Source: Desulfonatronovibrionaceae bacterium (lineage in GTDB: Bacteria > Desulfobacterota > Desulfovibrionia > Desulfovibrionales > Desulfonatronovibrionaceae). Taken from it: a stretch of 64,000 nucleotides of DNA. Both the position numbers and the translations under genes were made by a program. The first letter of the stretch is position 1. Each line of letters opens with the position of its first letter. Positions 9,162 through 18,046 of this stretch are shown here, one piece after another. The stretch covers positions 1 through 64,000 of the forward strand of contig JBKHGE010000006.1 of the NCBI GenBank assembly GCA_046539845.1. Reading direction: 5' to 3'. Under the pieces are notes generated by a model. That model ran no database searches. It was not told where the DNA came from and saw nothing but the letters and a program-made list of their open reading frames with translations.

Positions 9162-9190
9162 GAGTGTATATGCAACTTTAAGTCAACGCA
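9162..9190 (-). promoter_or_regulatory. sigma70-type promoter for moeA
   Basis: Minus strand TTGCGT-N17-TACACT, about 100 nt upstream of the ATG. Coordinates approximate. Confidence 0.5.
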
Positions 9191-9214
9191 ACAAATCGTC
9201 TTTAGGAAAGGCTC

Positions 9215-9230
9215 TGGCATGTATCTTGAA
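9215..9230 (+). promoter_or_regulatory. sigma54-type promoter candidate for fliJ operon
   Basis: TGGCAT-GTATC-TTGAA, correct -24/-12 spacing, upstream of a flagellar gene. Confidence 0.5.
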
Positions 9231-9387
9231 TTATTAAAGCCGGTCCGGGCCCGCTTCCAGTTTGTCCCCCGACGACAAAAGGGCGGTGACGGGACCGGGA
9301 CGCAGGAAAAAAGCTTTCAACTACTCGCCATCCGACCGGTCATAAATTTGGCGGGACGGATATGCACAAACCGGCTGAGCTGAGGAT

Positions 9388-9828
9388 ATGCCCGGATTCA
9401 ATTTTTCCCTGCAAAAGGTGCTCGACCTGCGCAGGCAAAAGGAGGAACAGGCCCAAATGGCCCTGGCCTCTTCCCAGCGCCGGCTCAAGGACAAACAAAA
9501 GGAGCAGGAGCGGCTGCAAAAAGAGCTGATCAACTGCGAACAGGAATTTCGGAGCAAAAAAACCCTTTCCCGCGGGGATATCTGGCTATGGAGGCAGTAT
9601 CGTCAGCGCTTAGACGCGGAGATAAGGGAATGCAACGGCGCCGTCCGCCGCCTGGAAAGCCGGGTGGAGAGGCAGAGAAGAGAACTTGTTGACCGGAGCA
9701 AGGAAAGGGAGTTACTGGAGAGATTCAAGGAAAACCGGAAAAAGGCCTTTGATTATGAGCAAAAAAAAGAAGAGCAGAAAGAATTCGACGAGACTGCTAC
9801 CACCCGTTATAAAAACGGGACCGTGTAG
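9388..9828 (+). CDS. fliJ: flagellar export protein FliJ
   Basis: FNFSLQKVLDLR...EEQA N-terminus, coiled-coil body, EQKEFDE C-terminal motif. Confidence 0.9.
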   Translation: MPGFNFSLQKVLDLRRQKEEQAQMALASSQRRLKDKQKEQERLQKELINCEQEFRSKKTLSRGDIWLWRQYRQRLDAEIRECNGAVRRLESRVERQRRELVDRSKERELLERFKENRKKAFDYEQKKEEQKEFDETATTRYKNGTV

Positions 9829-10402
9829 GATACTACAGGTTTTCCTCTGCCTCGGGCTCATAAAGCTTATGCTTTTGAGCGGTTTTGCCCTGTGGTCCGA
9901 ACCGCAGCAAGACAGGGGGAAAACCCCGAGGCCCAGTATTCCCTCTATTTCCGAAGCGATTGCCGCCCCTGAGGAGGATGAAAATGCTGACGAAGATGAA
10001 TCCGGGAAGGACCAGGAACTGTCCGTTTCCGAGGAGATGGCCAGACTGCGGGAGAAGCGCAGCCAGCTGGAGAATAAAGAAAAAGACTTAAAGAAGCTGG
10101 AACAGGAAGTGGAACAGAAAATAGAACGGCTGCAGAAGCTGGAGGCCAACGTCCAGGAGATGCTTGAAGAAGCGGACGTGGTCAAGGACAAGAAGATAAA
10201 GCACCTGGTGGATGTGTATTCCAATATGAAGCCCAAACAGGCGGCCCAGGTCCTGGAAACACTGGACAAGGACATTGCTGTCAAAATTTTGGCCGGGATG
10301 CGCGGCCGCACGGCCGGGGAGATTCTGTCCTTTGTCCAGGCGGACAAGGCCGCCGAACTGTCCGAGGACCTGACCCGGCTACAGCTACCCTTTGAAGAGT
10401 AG
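9755..10402 (+). CDS. MotE/FlbB-like (MgtE N-terminal domain) flagellar protein
   Basis: N-terminal TM segment, coiled coil, LVDVYSNMKPKQAAQVLE...AVKILAGM..R.AGEIL. Start uncertain (ATG 9755 overlaps fliJ). Confidence 0.8.
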   Translation: MSKKKKSRKNSTRLLPPVIKTGPCRILQVFLCLGLIKLMLLSGFALWSEPQQDRGKTPRPSIPSISEAIAAPEEDENADEDESGKDQELSVSEEMARLREKRSQLENKEKDLKKLEQEVEQKIERLQKLEANVQEMLEEADVVKDKKIKHLVDVYSNMKPKQAAQVLETLDKDIAVKILAGMRGRTAGEILSFVQADKAAELSEDLTRLQLPFEE

Positions 10403-10404
10403 CC

Positions 10405-11169
10405 ATGCCGCGGTTCGCCCTCCACCTGGCCTATATCGGGACCGCCTACCACGGCTGGCAGAGACAAAAAGACAAGTCCACCGTGCAGGAGACGGTGGAA
10501 AAGGCTTTGTATACCATCTGCCAGGAGCAAATCACTGTGCACGCCTCCGGGCGGACAGACGCCGGGGTGCATGCCCTGGATCAGGTAATCCACTGCGACC
10601 TCCCTGTGGACAAGCAGGGGATCAGCTGGACCAGGGCCCTGAACGCCATCCTTCCTCCGGATATATGTGTGACCAGACACGCTGAGGTCCCCCCGGAATT
10701 CCACGCCAGGAAAAGCGCCGTGTCCAAGGAATATTCTTATACTTTCTGGACCGAACCGGAGTATGTCCTGCCTCACAAAAGACCGTACGTATGGGAAACA
10801 GGCCCACTGGATTTAATGCAAATGCAGCAAGCACTGGCCGGACTCCGGGGCAGGCATGACTTTGCCGCGCTCATGAATACCGGAACCCCGGTGGGCTCAA
10901 CTGTGCGGACCGTTTCCCGGGCCGAACTGAAATGCGGAAACGGCCCGGAAATCGTGTTCACAGTCCGGGCAAACGGATTTCTGAAGCAGATGGTCCGCAA
11001 CATGTCCGGGCTTTTGTTCGCTGTAGGCAAGGGCAAACTTTCTTCGGAAATGATCCCGGCCCTGCTTTCCGGCCGGGATAGGCAGACGGCGCCGTTGACC
11101 GCCCCGGCAAAAGGGCTGTGCCTGGGCAAAGTATCCTACGACCCAGAGGAATACACCCGGACCGAATAA
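10405..11169 (+). CDS. truA: tRNA pseudouridine(38-40) synthase
   Basis: YHGWQRQ, ASGRTDAGVHA, FHAR, GFLKQMVR and TAPAKGL motifs. Confidence 0.97.
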   Translation: MPRFALHLAYIGTAYHGWQRQKDKSTVQETVEKALYTICQEQITVHASGRTDAGVHALDQVIHCDLPVDKQGISWTRALNAILPPDICVTRHAEVPPEFHARKSAVSKEYSYTFWTEPEYVLPHKRPYVWETGPLDLMQMQQALAGLRGRHDFAALMNTGTPVGSTVRTVSRAELKCGNGPEIVFTVRANGFLKQMVRNMSGLLFAVGKGKLSSEMIPALLSGRDRQTAPLTAPAKGLCLGKVSYDPEEYTRTE

Positions 11170-11316
11170 GGGACCGCCGCCTGCTCGGCAAGCTCTGTCT
11201 CTTGATGCACCCTATGCCCGGACCGGGCGTTAACAAGACTTAATCTTTTTTTATTTTTTGTTTTTTACTCTGCAAACCCAAATCTTTTTTACCCCTCCCT
11301 TGTGTAAACAACTCTT

Positions 11317-11345
11317 TTGACTTACGCACAGATTTTAAGTAAAGT
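11317..11345 (+). promoter_or_regulatory. sigma70-type promoter for the nuo-like operon
   Basis: TTGACT-N17-TAAAGT in an AT-rich intergenic region. Confidence 0.55.
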
Positions 11346-11430
11346 TATGATGTTTTTTGCAGGGCTTAAGTTAGGGCTACCTTACATTTTCCATCCCAAC
11401 CAAACTATACACCGAGTAAACGGAGGGAAA

Positions 11431-11811
11431 GTGGCTTTTTCCTGGACCCATCTGGCCATAATCATTTTTTTTGCCGCGGGCATCTCGTTCGCTGCTATCC
11501 CCCTGATAGCATCCAGGCTTCTAGCCCACAGGTCGGAAACCGAGGCCCTGTTTCAACCTTATGAATGTGGCCTGCCCACCTATGGCTCGGCCTGGGTCAG
11601 ATTCGGTATAAACTATTATTTCTACGCCCTTATTTTCCTGGCCTTTGACGTGGACGTACTCTACCTGTTCCCTGTAGCCCTGTTTTACCGCGAAGCGCAG
11701 GGAATCGCCCCATTTGTGGAAATTTTGATCTTTGTCCTGGTCCTGCTCGCAGCCATAGTCTACTTCCAGCGCAAGGGAGTTTTCACCTGGCCGGGGAGGA
11801 TCAAGATATGA
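11431..11811 (+). CDS. nuoA: complex I-like subunit A
   Basis: [18 protein letters not shown] and KGVFTW motifs. GTG start after GGAGG. Confidence 0.93.
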   Translation: MAFSWTHLAIIIFFAAGISFAAIPLIASRLLAHRSETEALFQPYECGLPTYGSAWVRFGINYYFYALIFLAFDVDVLYLFPVALFYREAQGIAPFVEILIFVLVLLAAIVYFQRKGVFTWPGRIKI

Positions 11812-12320
11812 TCCAGTATCAAGAAGAATTCACCGAACCGCTGCTGCACATAGAACTGGCAGACAAATTCTTGAATATCTGCCGCTCCATGTCCCTGTGG
11901 CCAATGACCTTTGGTATCGCCTGCTGCGCCATCGAAATGATGGCTGCCAGCATGGCCCGCTTCGACACCGCCCGCTTTGGCGCGGAAGTGTTCCGGCCTT
12001 CCCCGAGGCAGGCGGACCTGATGATTGTCGCCGGGACCGTTTCCCGCAAGATGGCCCCTCCATTAGTTAGGCTTTATGAACAGATGCCCGCCCCGAAATG
12101 GGTGATCGCCATGGGCAACTGCGCCATATCCGGGGGCCCGTTCGTCTTTGACGGCCAATACAATGTCGTCGAGGGAGTGGATCAATTGGTTCCGGTTGAT
12201 GTTTACGTGCCCGGCTGTCCGCCCCGGCCGGAAGGTCTTTTGGAGGGTCTATTCAAACTGCAGGAAAAAATAACCGGCAGGCGCTGGTGGCCGGACCCCC
12301 CTGCAGGAGGTAGGAAATGA
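11808..12320 (+). CDS. nuoB: complex I-like subunit B (cluster N2)
   Basis: [16 protein letters not shown] (tandem CC), [14 protein letters not shown] and PGCPPRPE motifs. Confidence 0.96.
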   Translation: MIQYQEEFTEPLLHIELADKFLNICRSMSLWPMTFGIACCAIEMMAASMARFDTARFGAEVFRPSPRQADLMIVAGTVSRKMAPPLVRLYEQMPAPKWVIAMGNCAISGGPFVFDGQYNVVEGVDQLVPVDVYVPGCPPRPEGLLEGLFKLQEKITGRRWWPDPPAGGRK

Positions 12321-12868
12321 AAAACCATCTCCTGGATATATTGCGAAAAAACGGGGCTATCTGCCGCAGTACAAACCTGGAAGGCACCGGATACAAAAAC
12401 TTTGTTTTCATCCTCCCGGCCTACCTGGAAGCAGCGGTAAAAATTGTTGATGCGGCAGGCTATTTTTTAGAAGACATTACCTGTTGCCAGGTAAAAGAGG
12501 GCCTGGAACTCATCTATCACTTCGACCATTACCACAGCCCGGGCCGCATATGTCTGCGTACCCTGATAGACGAGGACAAGGCGGAAATTTCCTCCATTGC
12601 CTCCATTTATCCCGGGGCACAGTGGCACGAAAGGGAATGCACGGACTTTTTCGGCCTCACCTTCCAGGGCAATCCCAACCCGGTGCCGCTTCTCCTCTCC
12701 CCGCAAAATCCTGGTCCGGTCCTGAAAAAAAAAGCAGGCAAACTGCAAGGGCTAGAAGAGTTCCTCCCGGAAAGCCTGACAATCAAACACCCGGGCCATA
12801 ATTCCGGGATCGAGGACATCCTGGCCGGATGGGCGGAGGATATCGGAAAAGACAGGGGGCAAAAGTGA
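12317..12868 (+). CDS. nuoC: complex I-like subunit C
   Basis: [29 protein letters not shown] motif and position in the operon. Confidence 0.88.
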   Translation: MKNHLLDILRKNGAICRSTNLEGTGYKNFVFILPAYLEAAVKIVDAAGYFLEDITCCQVKEGLELIYHFDHYHSPGRICLRTLIDEDKAEISSIASIYPGAQWHERECTDFFGLTFQGNPNPVPLLLSPQNPGPVLKKKAGKLQGLEEFLPESLTIKHPGHNSGIEDILAGWAEDIGKDRGQK

Positions 12869-14031
12869 GTCTTATAGGCAATGATGTCCTGGCCGGAAAA
12901 GGAGACTTCTATACCCGGCATTTCCAGCCCACGCCCAGGGAAGACACTCTGATTCTGAACATGGGGCCACAGCACCCTTCCACTCACGGCGTGCTCCGGG
13001 TCATGCTGGAAATAGACGGGGAATACATCATCCGAGCCGAGCCGGTCATAGGCTATGTGCACCGCATGCAGGAAAAAATGGGTGAGTGCTTTGACTACAA
13101 CCAGTATCTCCCGAATATGGCCCGGGTGGATTACCTGCATCCTTTGGCCTGGAACTGGGCCTATGTAGGGACGGCGGAAAAACAGATGGGCTTGGAGGTC
13201 CCGGAGCGGGCCGAATACATCCGGGTTATCACCTGCGAACTGAACAGGATAAGCTCGCATCTTTTGTGGTGGGGGACCTATCTTCTGGACCTGGGTGCGT
13301 TTACCCCCATACTATACGCCTTTGCCGACCGGGAGAAACTGGCCGACATCCTGCAAAGGATAACCGGGTCTAGGCTGACCTTCTCCCTGTATCAAATAGG
13401 CGGATGCAAGGCAGACATGGACGACCGCTTCATCCGGGAGACCAGGGAGTTTATAGACTATATGCGCTCCCGTTTTCCCATGTATAAAGACTTGGTCACC
13501 GACAACCTCATTCTGCGCAAGCGGGTGGAGGGCATCGGCGGCATAACCCGGGAGGAATGCCGCAAATACGGGGCCAGCGGCCCGATCGTCCGCGCCTCGG
13601 GAATAGATTACGATGTCCGCCGGGCTGAGCCCTATTCCGTGTATGACCGTTTTGAATTCGATTGCCCGGTATATGAGGAAGGGGACGCACTGGCCAGATA
13701 CCTGGTCCGGATGGAAGAAATGGAGCAAAGCCTGAAAATAATCGAGCAGGCCCTTGAGCAACTCCCGGACGGGGACATAATGGCCCCCAAGGTGCCCAAA
13801 AAGCCGAAACCCCCGGCCGGGGAAGTGTACCACGCAGTAGAAAGCGGCCGGGGAAAGGTGGGAGTATGCCTAATAAGCAACGGTTCCCCGGTTCCCTACC
13901 GAGTAAAACTGCGCTCCCCTTCGTACAGCAATTTAAGCCTTTTCCCTGGCATTTCCAAAGGCACATTGCTTGCCGACGCCATCTCCATTCTGGGAAGTCT
14001 GGATCTGATTGTTCCGGAGATTGACAGATGA
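12865..14031 (+). CDS. nuoD: complex I-like subunit D (quinone-binding)
   Basis: NMGPQHPSTHGVLR, GYVHR..EK, RVDY, C-terminal SLD...EIDR. No NiFe-binding CxxC pairs. GTG start overlaps the nuoC stop. Confidence 0.95.
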   Translation: MSLIGNDVLAGKGDFYTRHFQPTPREDTLILNMGPQHPSTHGVLRVMLEIDGEYIIRAEPVIGYVHRMQEKMGECFDYNQYLPNMARVDYLHPLAWNWAYVGTAEKQMGLEVPERAEYIRVITCELNRISSHLLWWGTYLLDLGAFTPILYAFADREKLADILQRITGSRLTFSLYQIGGCKADMDDRFIRETREFIDYMRSRFPMYKDLVTDNLILRKRVEGIGGITREECRKYGASGPIVRASGIDYDVRRAEPYSVYDRFEFDCPVYEEGDALARYLVRMEEMEQSLKIIEQALEQLPDGDIMAPKVPKKPKPPAGEVYHAVESGRGKVGVCLISNGSPVPYRVKLRSPSYSNLSLFPGISKGTLLADAISILGSLDLIVPEIDR

Positions 14032-15002
14032 ACGAAATAACACTGCATATAATCCGGATATGGGCCGGGCTGTTCATCATCCTCTCCTTTGTCAGTGTAA
14101 ACGCCATTGTCCTGGTCTACCTGGAGCGGAAAATAGCCGGACACATCCAGAGAAGGCCGGGCCCGTTCGAAGTCGGGCCACACGGCATACTCCAGCCGTT
14201 CGCGGACGCGGTCAAGCTTTTGGGCAAACAGCTCATAACCCCCTTCTATGCGGACGTAATCCTTTACTGGGCCGCGCCCATTCTTTCCTTCGCCCCGGTC
14301 GCGGTCTGCTTTCTGCCCATTCCAGCCGGCCCGAATACCCGAATAATGGATATAAATGTCGGGGTAATCCTGGTTTTGGCCTTCAGCGGCCTGAACGTTT
14401 TGGCCCTGTGCCTGGCCGGATGGGGATCACAGAACAAATGGTCCCTTCTGGGCGCGGCCCGGAACATTGCCCAGTCCGTGGGCTACGAAATCCCGCTCCT
14501 TCTATCTGTTATGCCCATCCTCATGCTCTCCGGGAGCCTGGATTTAAACACCATAACCCTAAATCAGGGCGTATGGCCCTGGGAATGGTACGCTTTCAAA
14601 CAGCCCCTGGCCTTTATCATATTCTTTGTCTGCGCCCTGGCGGAAACCAACCGGGCGCCGTTTGACCTGCCGGAAGCGGAAAGCGAGCTCACCGCTGGAT
14701 TCCATACCGAATACTCCGGCATGGGCTTTGGCCTGTTCTTCATGGCCGAATATACGTACATGATTGTTGTCTGCTCCCTGACCACGCTTCTGTTTCTGGG
14801 CGGATACCAGGGGCCTCTCGCTTCCGGATGGTGGTGGTTCGTACCCAAGGTATACGGACTTTTGCTGATCATGATGTGGATCCGCTGGACTTTTCCCCGG
14901 GTGCGCTTTGATCAACTGCTCAATGTAAGCTGGAAATGGCTGATCCCGGCCTCGCTTTTAAACCTTCTGGCAACCGCTTTGGTGATAAGCCTATGCTCCT
15001 GA
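14028..15002 (+). CDS. nuoH: complex I-like subunit H
   Basis: ERKIAGHIQRRPGP, ETNRAPFDLPEAESELTAGFHTEYSG and PRVRFDQL motifs. Confidence 0.96.
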   Translation: MNEITLHIIRIWAGLFIILSFVSVNAIVLVYLERKIAGHIQRRPGPFEVGPHGILQPFADAVKLLGKQLITPFYADVILYWAAPILSFAPVAVCFLPIPAGPNTRIMDINVGVILVLAFSGLNVLALCLAGWGSQNKWSLLGAARNIAQSVGYEIPLLLSVMPILMLSGSLDLNTITLNQGVWPWEWYAFKQPLAFIIFFVCALAETNRAPFDLPEAESELTAGFHTEYSGMGFGLFFMAEYTYMIVVCSLTTLLFLGGYQGPLASGWWWFVPKVYGLLLIMMWIRWTFPRVRFDQLLNVSWKWLIPASLLNLLATALVISLCS

Positions 15003-15502
15003 AAGTAAAAAAGACTTTGGCCGGCTTGTGGAGCCTGATTGTCGGCCTGAAAATAACCGGACACAATTTCTGCAGCCCGCAGCTGACAGTTCACTATCCG
15101 CGGGAGGAAGTCACCAACCTGGACGGGTTTCACGGTCATGTGGAGCTGGTGCCCAGCCCCAAGGACCCCATGATCCCCAAGTGTATAGCCTGCGGGACCT
15201 GCGTCCGGAACTGCCCGTCGCAGTGCATAAGCCTGGATTTTGAAAAGATAGAACCTACGGCGGAAGAAGAAAAAGACTCCCATTCCGGCGGGAAAAAGAA
15301 AAAAAGCCAGAAAAAAGTGACCGGATTCGTTCTGGATTTCAACTACTGCAGCCTTTGCGGGCTGTGCGTCAGGAGCTGCCCGGTCGGTTCCCTCCGCTTT
15401 TCCAGTGACGTGTACCTGGCCGGATTCGACCCGCAGGAATTCAGACTGGATCTCTTGGAACGCATGCGCGGACAGATTGACACCCAAGGAGAAAAAGACT
15501 GA
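14993..15502 (+). CDS. nuoI: complex I-like subunit I, 2x[4Fe-4S]
   Basis: TVHYP, CIACGTCVRNCP and CSLCGLCVRSCP motifs. Confidence 0.92.
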   Translation: MLLKVKKTLAGLWSLIVGLKITGHNFCSPQLTVHYPREEVTNLDGFHGHVELVPSPKDPMIPKCIACGTCVRNCPSQCISLDFEKIEPTAEEEKDSHSGGKKKKSQKKVTGFVLDFNYCSLCGLCVRSCPVGSLRFSSDVYLAGFDPQEFRLDLLERMRGQIDTQGEKD

Positions 15503-16011
15503 TGTTTTATTTGAGCCTGAGTGTGTTGGCAGCGCATATGGTTTTGATCATTATCGGAGCGTTTATCACTGTTCTGGCCAAGAGCCTGGTCCGGGCCCTG
15601 ACCGGACTGATAATGACCCTTTTTGGCGTGGCCGGGCTGTATTTCCTTTTGGCCGCCCCTTTTATCGCCCTTATGCAGCTCCTTATCTACGTAGGCGCGG
15701 TGAGCATCCTTATCTTCTTCTCCATAATGCTTACCCAGGCCTCGAGTGTCGGGGAGGAAGGCCAGAGGAGAAGGCGGCTTAAAACAGTGTACGCCTTTTT
15801 GTCCGCTCTGGCTCCGGCTGTTTTTCTAGGCCTGGCGGTGATAAAGACCTCCCCCCCGTCCCTGTCCACCCCGCAGGAGATAAGGGCCACCGACCTTGGG
15901 GAATTTATGCTCGGACCTTACGTCCTGCCCTTTGAACTCATCTCCCTGGTCCTGCTCGTGTCCATGGCCGGGGCTGTTCTGCTCGGATTTGAAAAGAGGA
16001 AAAAACGATGA
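15502..16011 (+). CDS. nuoJ: complex I-like subunit J
   Basis: QLLIYVGAVSIL and YVLPFELISLVLLVSMAGA motifs. Confidence 0.92.
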   Translation: MFYLSLSVLAAHMVLIIIGAFITVLAKSLVRALTGLIMTLFGVAGLYFLLAAPFIALMQLLIYVGAVSILIFFSIMLTQASSVGEEGQRRRRLKTVYAFLSALAPAVFLGLAVIKTSPPSLSTPQEIRATDLGEFMLGPYVLPFELISLVLLVSMAGAVLLGFEKRKKR

Positions 16012-16316
16012 CTTTCTTGACTTTTTTTCACCTGGTGGCGGTCTTCCTACTCTGCATCGGGCTTTTCGGAATAATCTGGCGCCGGACCATAGTAGGCATC
16101 CTTTTGAGCGTGGAGCTCATGCTTAACGGAGCGGGCCTGAGCATAATGGCCTCCACTCAGCTGACAACAACCGCGAATGCCCTCGGTCAGGTAGGCACCC
16201 TTCTGGTCATGGGCCTGGCTGCGGCCGAAGCCACCCTAGTCCTGGCCATTATCCTGGTTGTGGCCAAACGGTTCGGAACGATAGAACTGCGCTATATATC
16301 TAGTCTCAGGGGATAA
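16008..16316 (+). CDS. nuoK: complex I-like subunit K
   Basis: LSVELMLNG and AAAEA motifs, three TM segments. Confidence 0.92.
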   Translation: MTFLTFFHLVAVFLLCIGLFGIIWRRTIVGILLSVELMLNGAGLSIMASTQLTTTANALGQVGTLLVMGLAAAEATLVLAIILVVAKRFGTIELRYISSLRG

Positions 16317-16318
16317 AA

Positions 16319-17794
16319 ATGGAAAAAAGCGCTCTTGTTCTTCTGCCTCTGGGGATAACCATGCTTGCCCCGTTTGCCTTGTGGCTTTTGCGCAGGGACA
16401 TAAACAAGCGGGAAGCGGTATCCCTTGTCGCGGCGGTCGCTTCCTTTCTGAGCGTGACCGCCCTTATTCCCGGGGTATTAAACGGCAGCGTATACATCTA
16501 TCCCCTTTTCCGGATCTTGCCCGGGATACATGTCAAATTCTGCGCGGACGGGCTGTCCCTTATATTCGCGCTGGTGGCCACTTTTCTGTGGATCCTGGCC
16601 ACCGTGTATAATATCGGCTACATGCGCGGACTCAAGGAGCATGCCCAGACCAGGTATTATTTCTGCTTTGCCGTGGCCATATTCGGTGCCGTGGGCGTGG
16701 CCTTTAGTGCCAACATATTCACCCTGTACCTGTTCTACGAAATAATCACCATTTTCACCTATCCCCTGGTCGCCCATCACCAGGACGCCGAAGGATACCA
16801 CGGCGGGCGCAAGTATGTGGTTTATCTCATGGGTACCTCCAAGCTCTTTTTACTCCCGGCCATGCTTATGACCTATGTCTTGGCCGGGACCCTGGATTTC
16901 AACCTCACGGACATGGTCCACGGCATATTCCCGGACAGCGCCGATCCGCTGTGGGTGAGCGTAACTTACTTCCTGTTTCTGGCCGGACTGGCCAAGGCGG
17001 CCATAATCCCGCTTCACAACTGGCTGCCCTCGGCCATGGTCGCTCCCACTCCGGTAAGCGCGCTCTTGCACGCCGTGGCCGTAGTCAAGGCCGGGGTGTT
17101 TTCCATAAGCCGGGTCATTCTCTCCGGTTTCGGAGTGCAGACCATGGACAACCTCCATCTGGGCGAGCCCACCGCGTATCTGGCCGCCCTAACCATTGTC
17201 GCCGCCTCTTTGGTGGCCTTGACCAAGGACGACTTAAAGGCCAGGCTGGCTTATTCCACGGTCAGCCAGCTCTCGTACATAATCGTGGGCGTGGCCATGC
17301 TCACTCCGGTGGCTGTAACCGGCGGACTGATCCATATCGCCAACCACGCCTTCAGCAAGATCACCCTGTTTTTTGCCGCCGGGGCCATATTCGTGGCCAC
17401 CGGGACCAAGAAAATAAGCAATATGTCCGGGCTGGGCCGAAAAATGCCCTGGACCTTCGGGGCCTTTGCCCTGGCCACGCTTAGTATGGTCGGCATCCCC
17501 CCGGTATGCGGATTTGTCAGCAAGTGGTTTCTGGCCGAAGGAGCGGTAAGAATAGACAATATGCTCCTTTTGACCGCGCTTTTGGCCAGCACGCTTTTAA
17601 ACGCCGCCTATTTCGGGCCGGTGGTGTACAAGGCCTTTTTCCAGTCCCGGCCGCAAGAGGCGGAAACGCGGCAAATAAGCGAAGCCCCGCTGGCAATGGT
17701 TTTGCCTCTGGCCCTGACCGCGCTCGTATCGGTTGTACTCGGCCTGTACCCGGATCCTTTCCTGAACCTGATCCGGGCTTTCGGAGGTTTTTAG
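16319..17794 (+). CDS. extra antiporter-like subunit (MrpD-like, proton-conducting membrane transporter family)
   Basis: FYEIIT (TM5 Glu), KAAIIPLHNWLPSAM.APTPVSALLH, LAYSTVSQLSY and FVSKW motifs. 491 aa with no lateral helix. Confidence 0.9.
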   Translation: MEKSALVLLPLGITMLAPFALWLLRRDINKREAVSLVAAVASFLSVTALIPGVLNGSVYIYPLFRILPGIHVKFCADGLSLIFALVATFLWILATVYNIGYMRGLKEHAQTRYYFCFAVAIFGAVGVAFSANIFTLYLFYEIITIFTYPLVAHHQDAEGYHGGRKYVVYLMGTSKLFLLPAMLMTYVLAGTLDFNLTDMVHGIFPDSADPLWVSVTYFLFLAGLAKAAIIPLHNWLPSAMVAPTPVSALLHAVAVVKAGVFSISRVILSGFGVQTMDNLHLGEPTAYLAALTIVAASLVALTKDDLKARLAYSTVSQLSYIIVGVAMLTPVAVTGGLIHIANHAFSKITLFFAAGAIFVATGTKKISNMSGLGRKMPWTFGAFALATLSMVGIPPVCGFVSKWFLAEGAVRIDNMLLLTALLASTLLNAAYFGPVVYKAFFQSRPQEAETRQISEAPLAMVLPLALTALVSVVLGLYPDPFLNLIRAFGGF

Positions 17795-18046
17795 ATGCAG
17801 AAAAACTTTTTCACCCGGCAAAAAGAAAAAACCTTGTTCTGGAAAAGATCCTTTTTCGGCTTGTTGGTTTTGCTTCTTATGGCCAATTACTTTATCCGGC
17901 CGCAGCACCCCCATTTCGGCCTGGAAAAGATCCCCGGCTTCTGGGCTGTGTTCGGCCTGGGCGGGGCGATCATCCTGGCGATTTTGAGCAAAGCAGCCGC
18001 GCACAGGCTGCTCGGACGAGGCGAGGACTTTTATGATCGGCACTAA
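17795..18046 (+). CDS. small 2-TM membrane protein inside the complex I-like operon
   Basis: Abuts the upstream gene and overlaps the downstream one. Two hydrophobic segments. HF..E.IPGF...R.EDFYD pattern recalled from small proteins in Mrp-like cassettes. Confidence 0.8.
   Translation: MQKNFFTRQKEKTLFWKRSFFGLLVLLLMANYFIRPQHPHFGLEKIPGFWAVFGLGGAIILAILSKAAAHRLLGRGEDFYDRH

Noticed and set aside
9290..9380. c-di-GMP-I riboswitch upstream of fliJ (GGGACGCA resemblance)
   Set aside because: The GGCAAAC/GAAA P2 features and P3 consensus are not found; only a short match.
12865..14031. Possible group 4 [NiFe]-hydrogenase (Ech/Coo) large subunit
   Set aside because: No N- or C-terminal CxxC Ni ligands; has NuoD-type RVDY and EIDR motifs.
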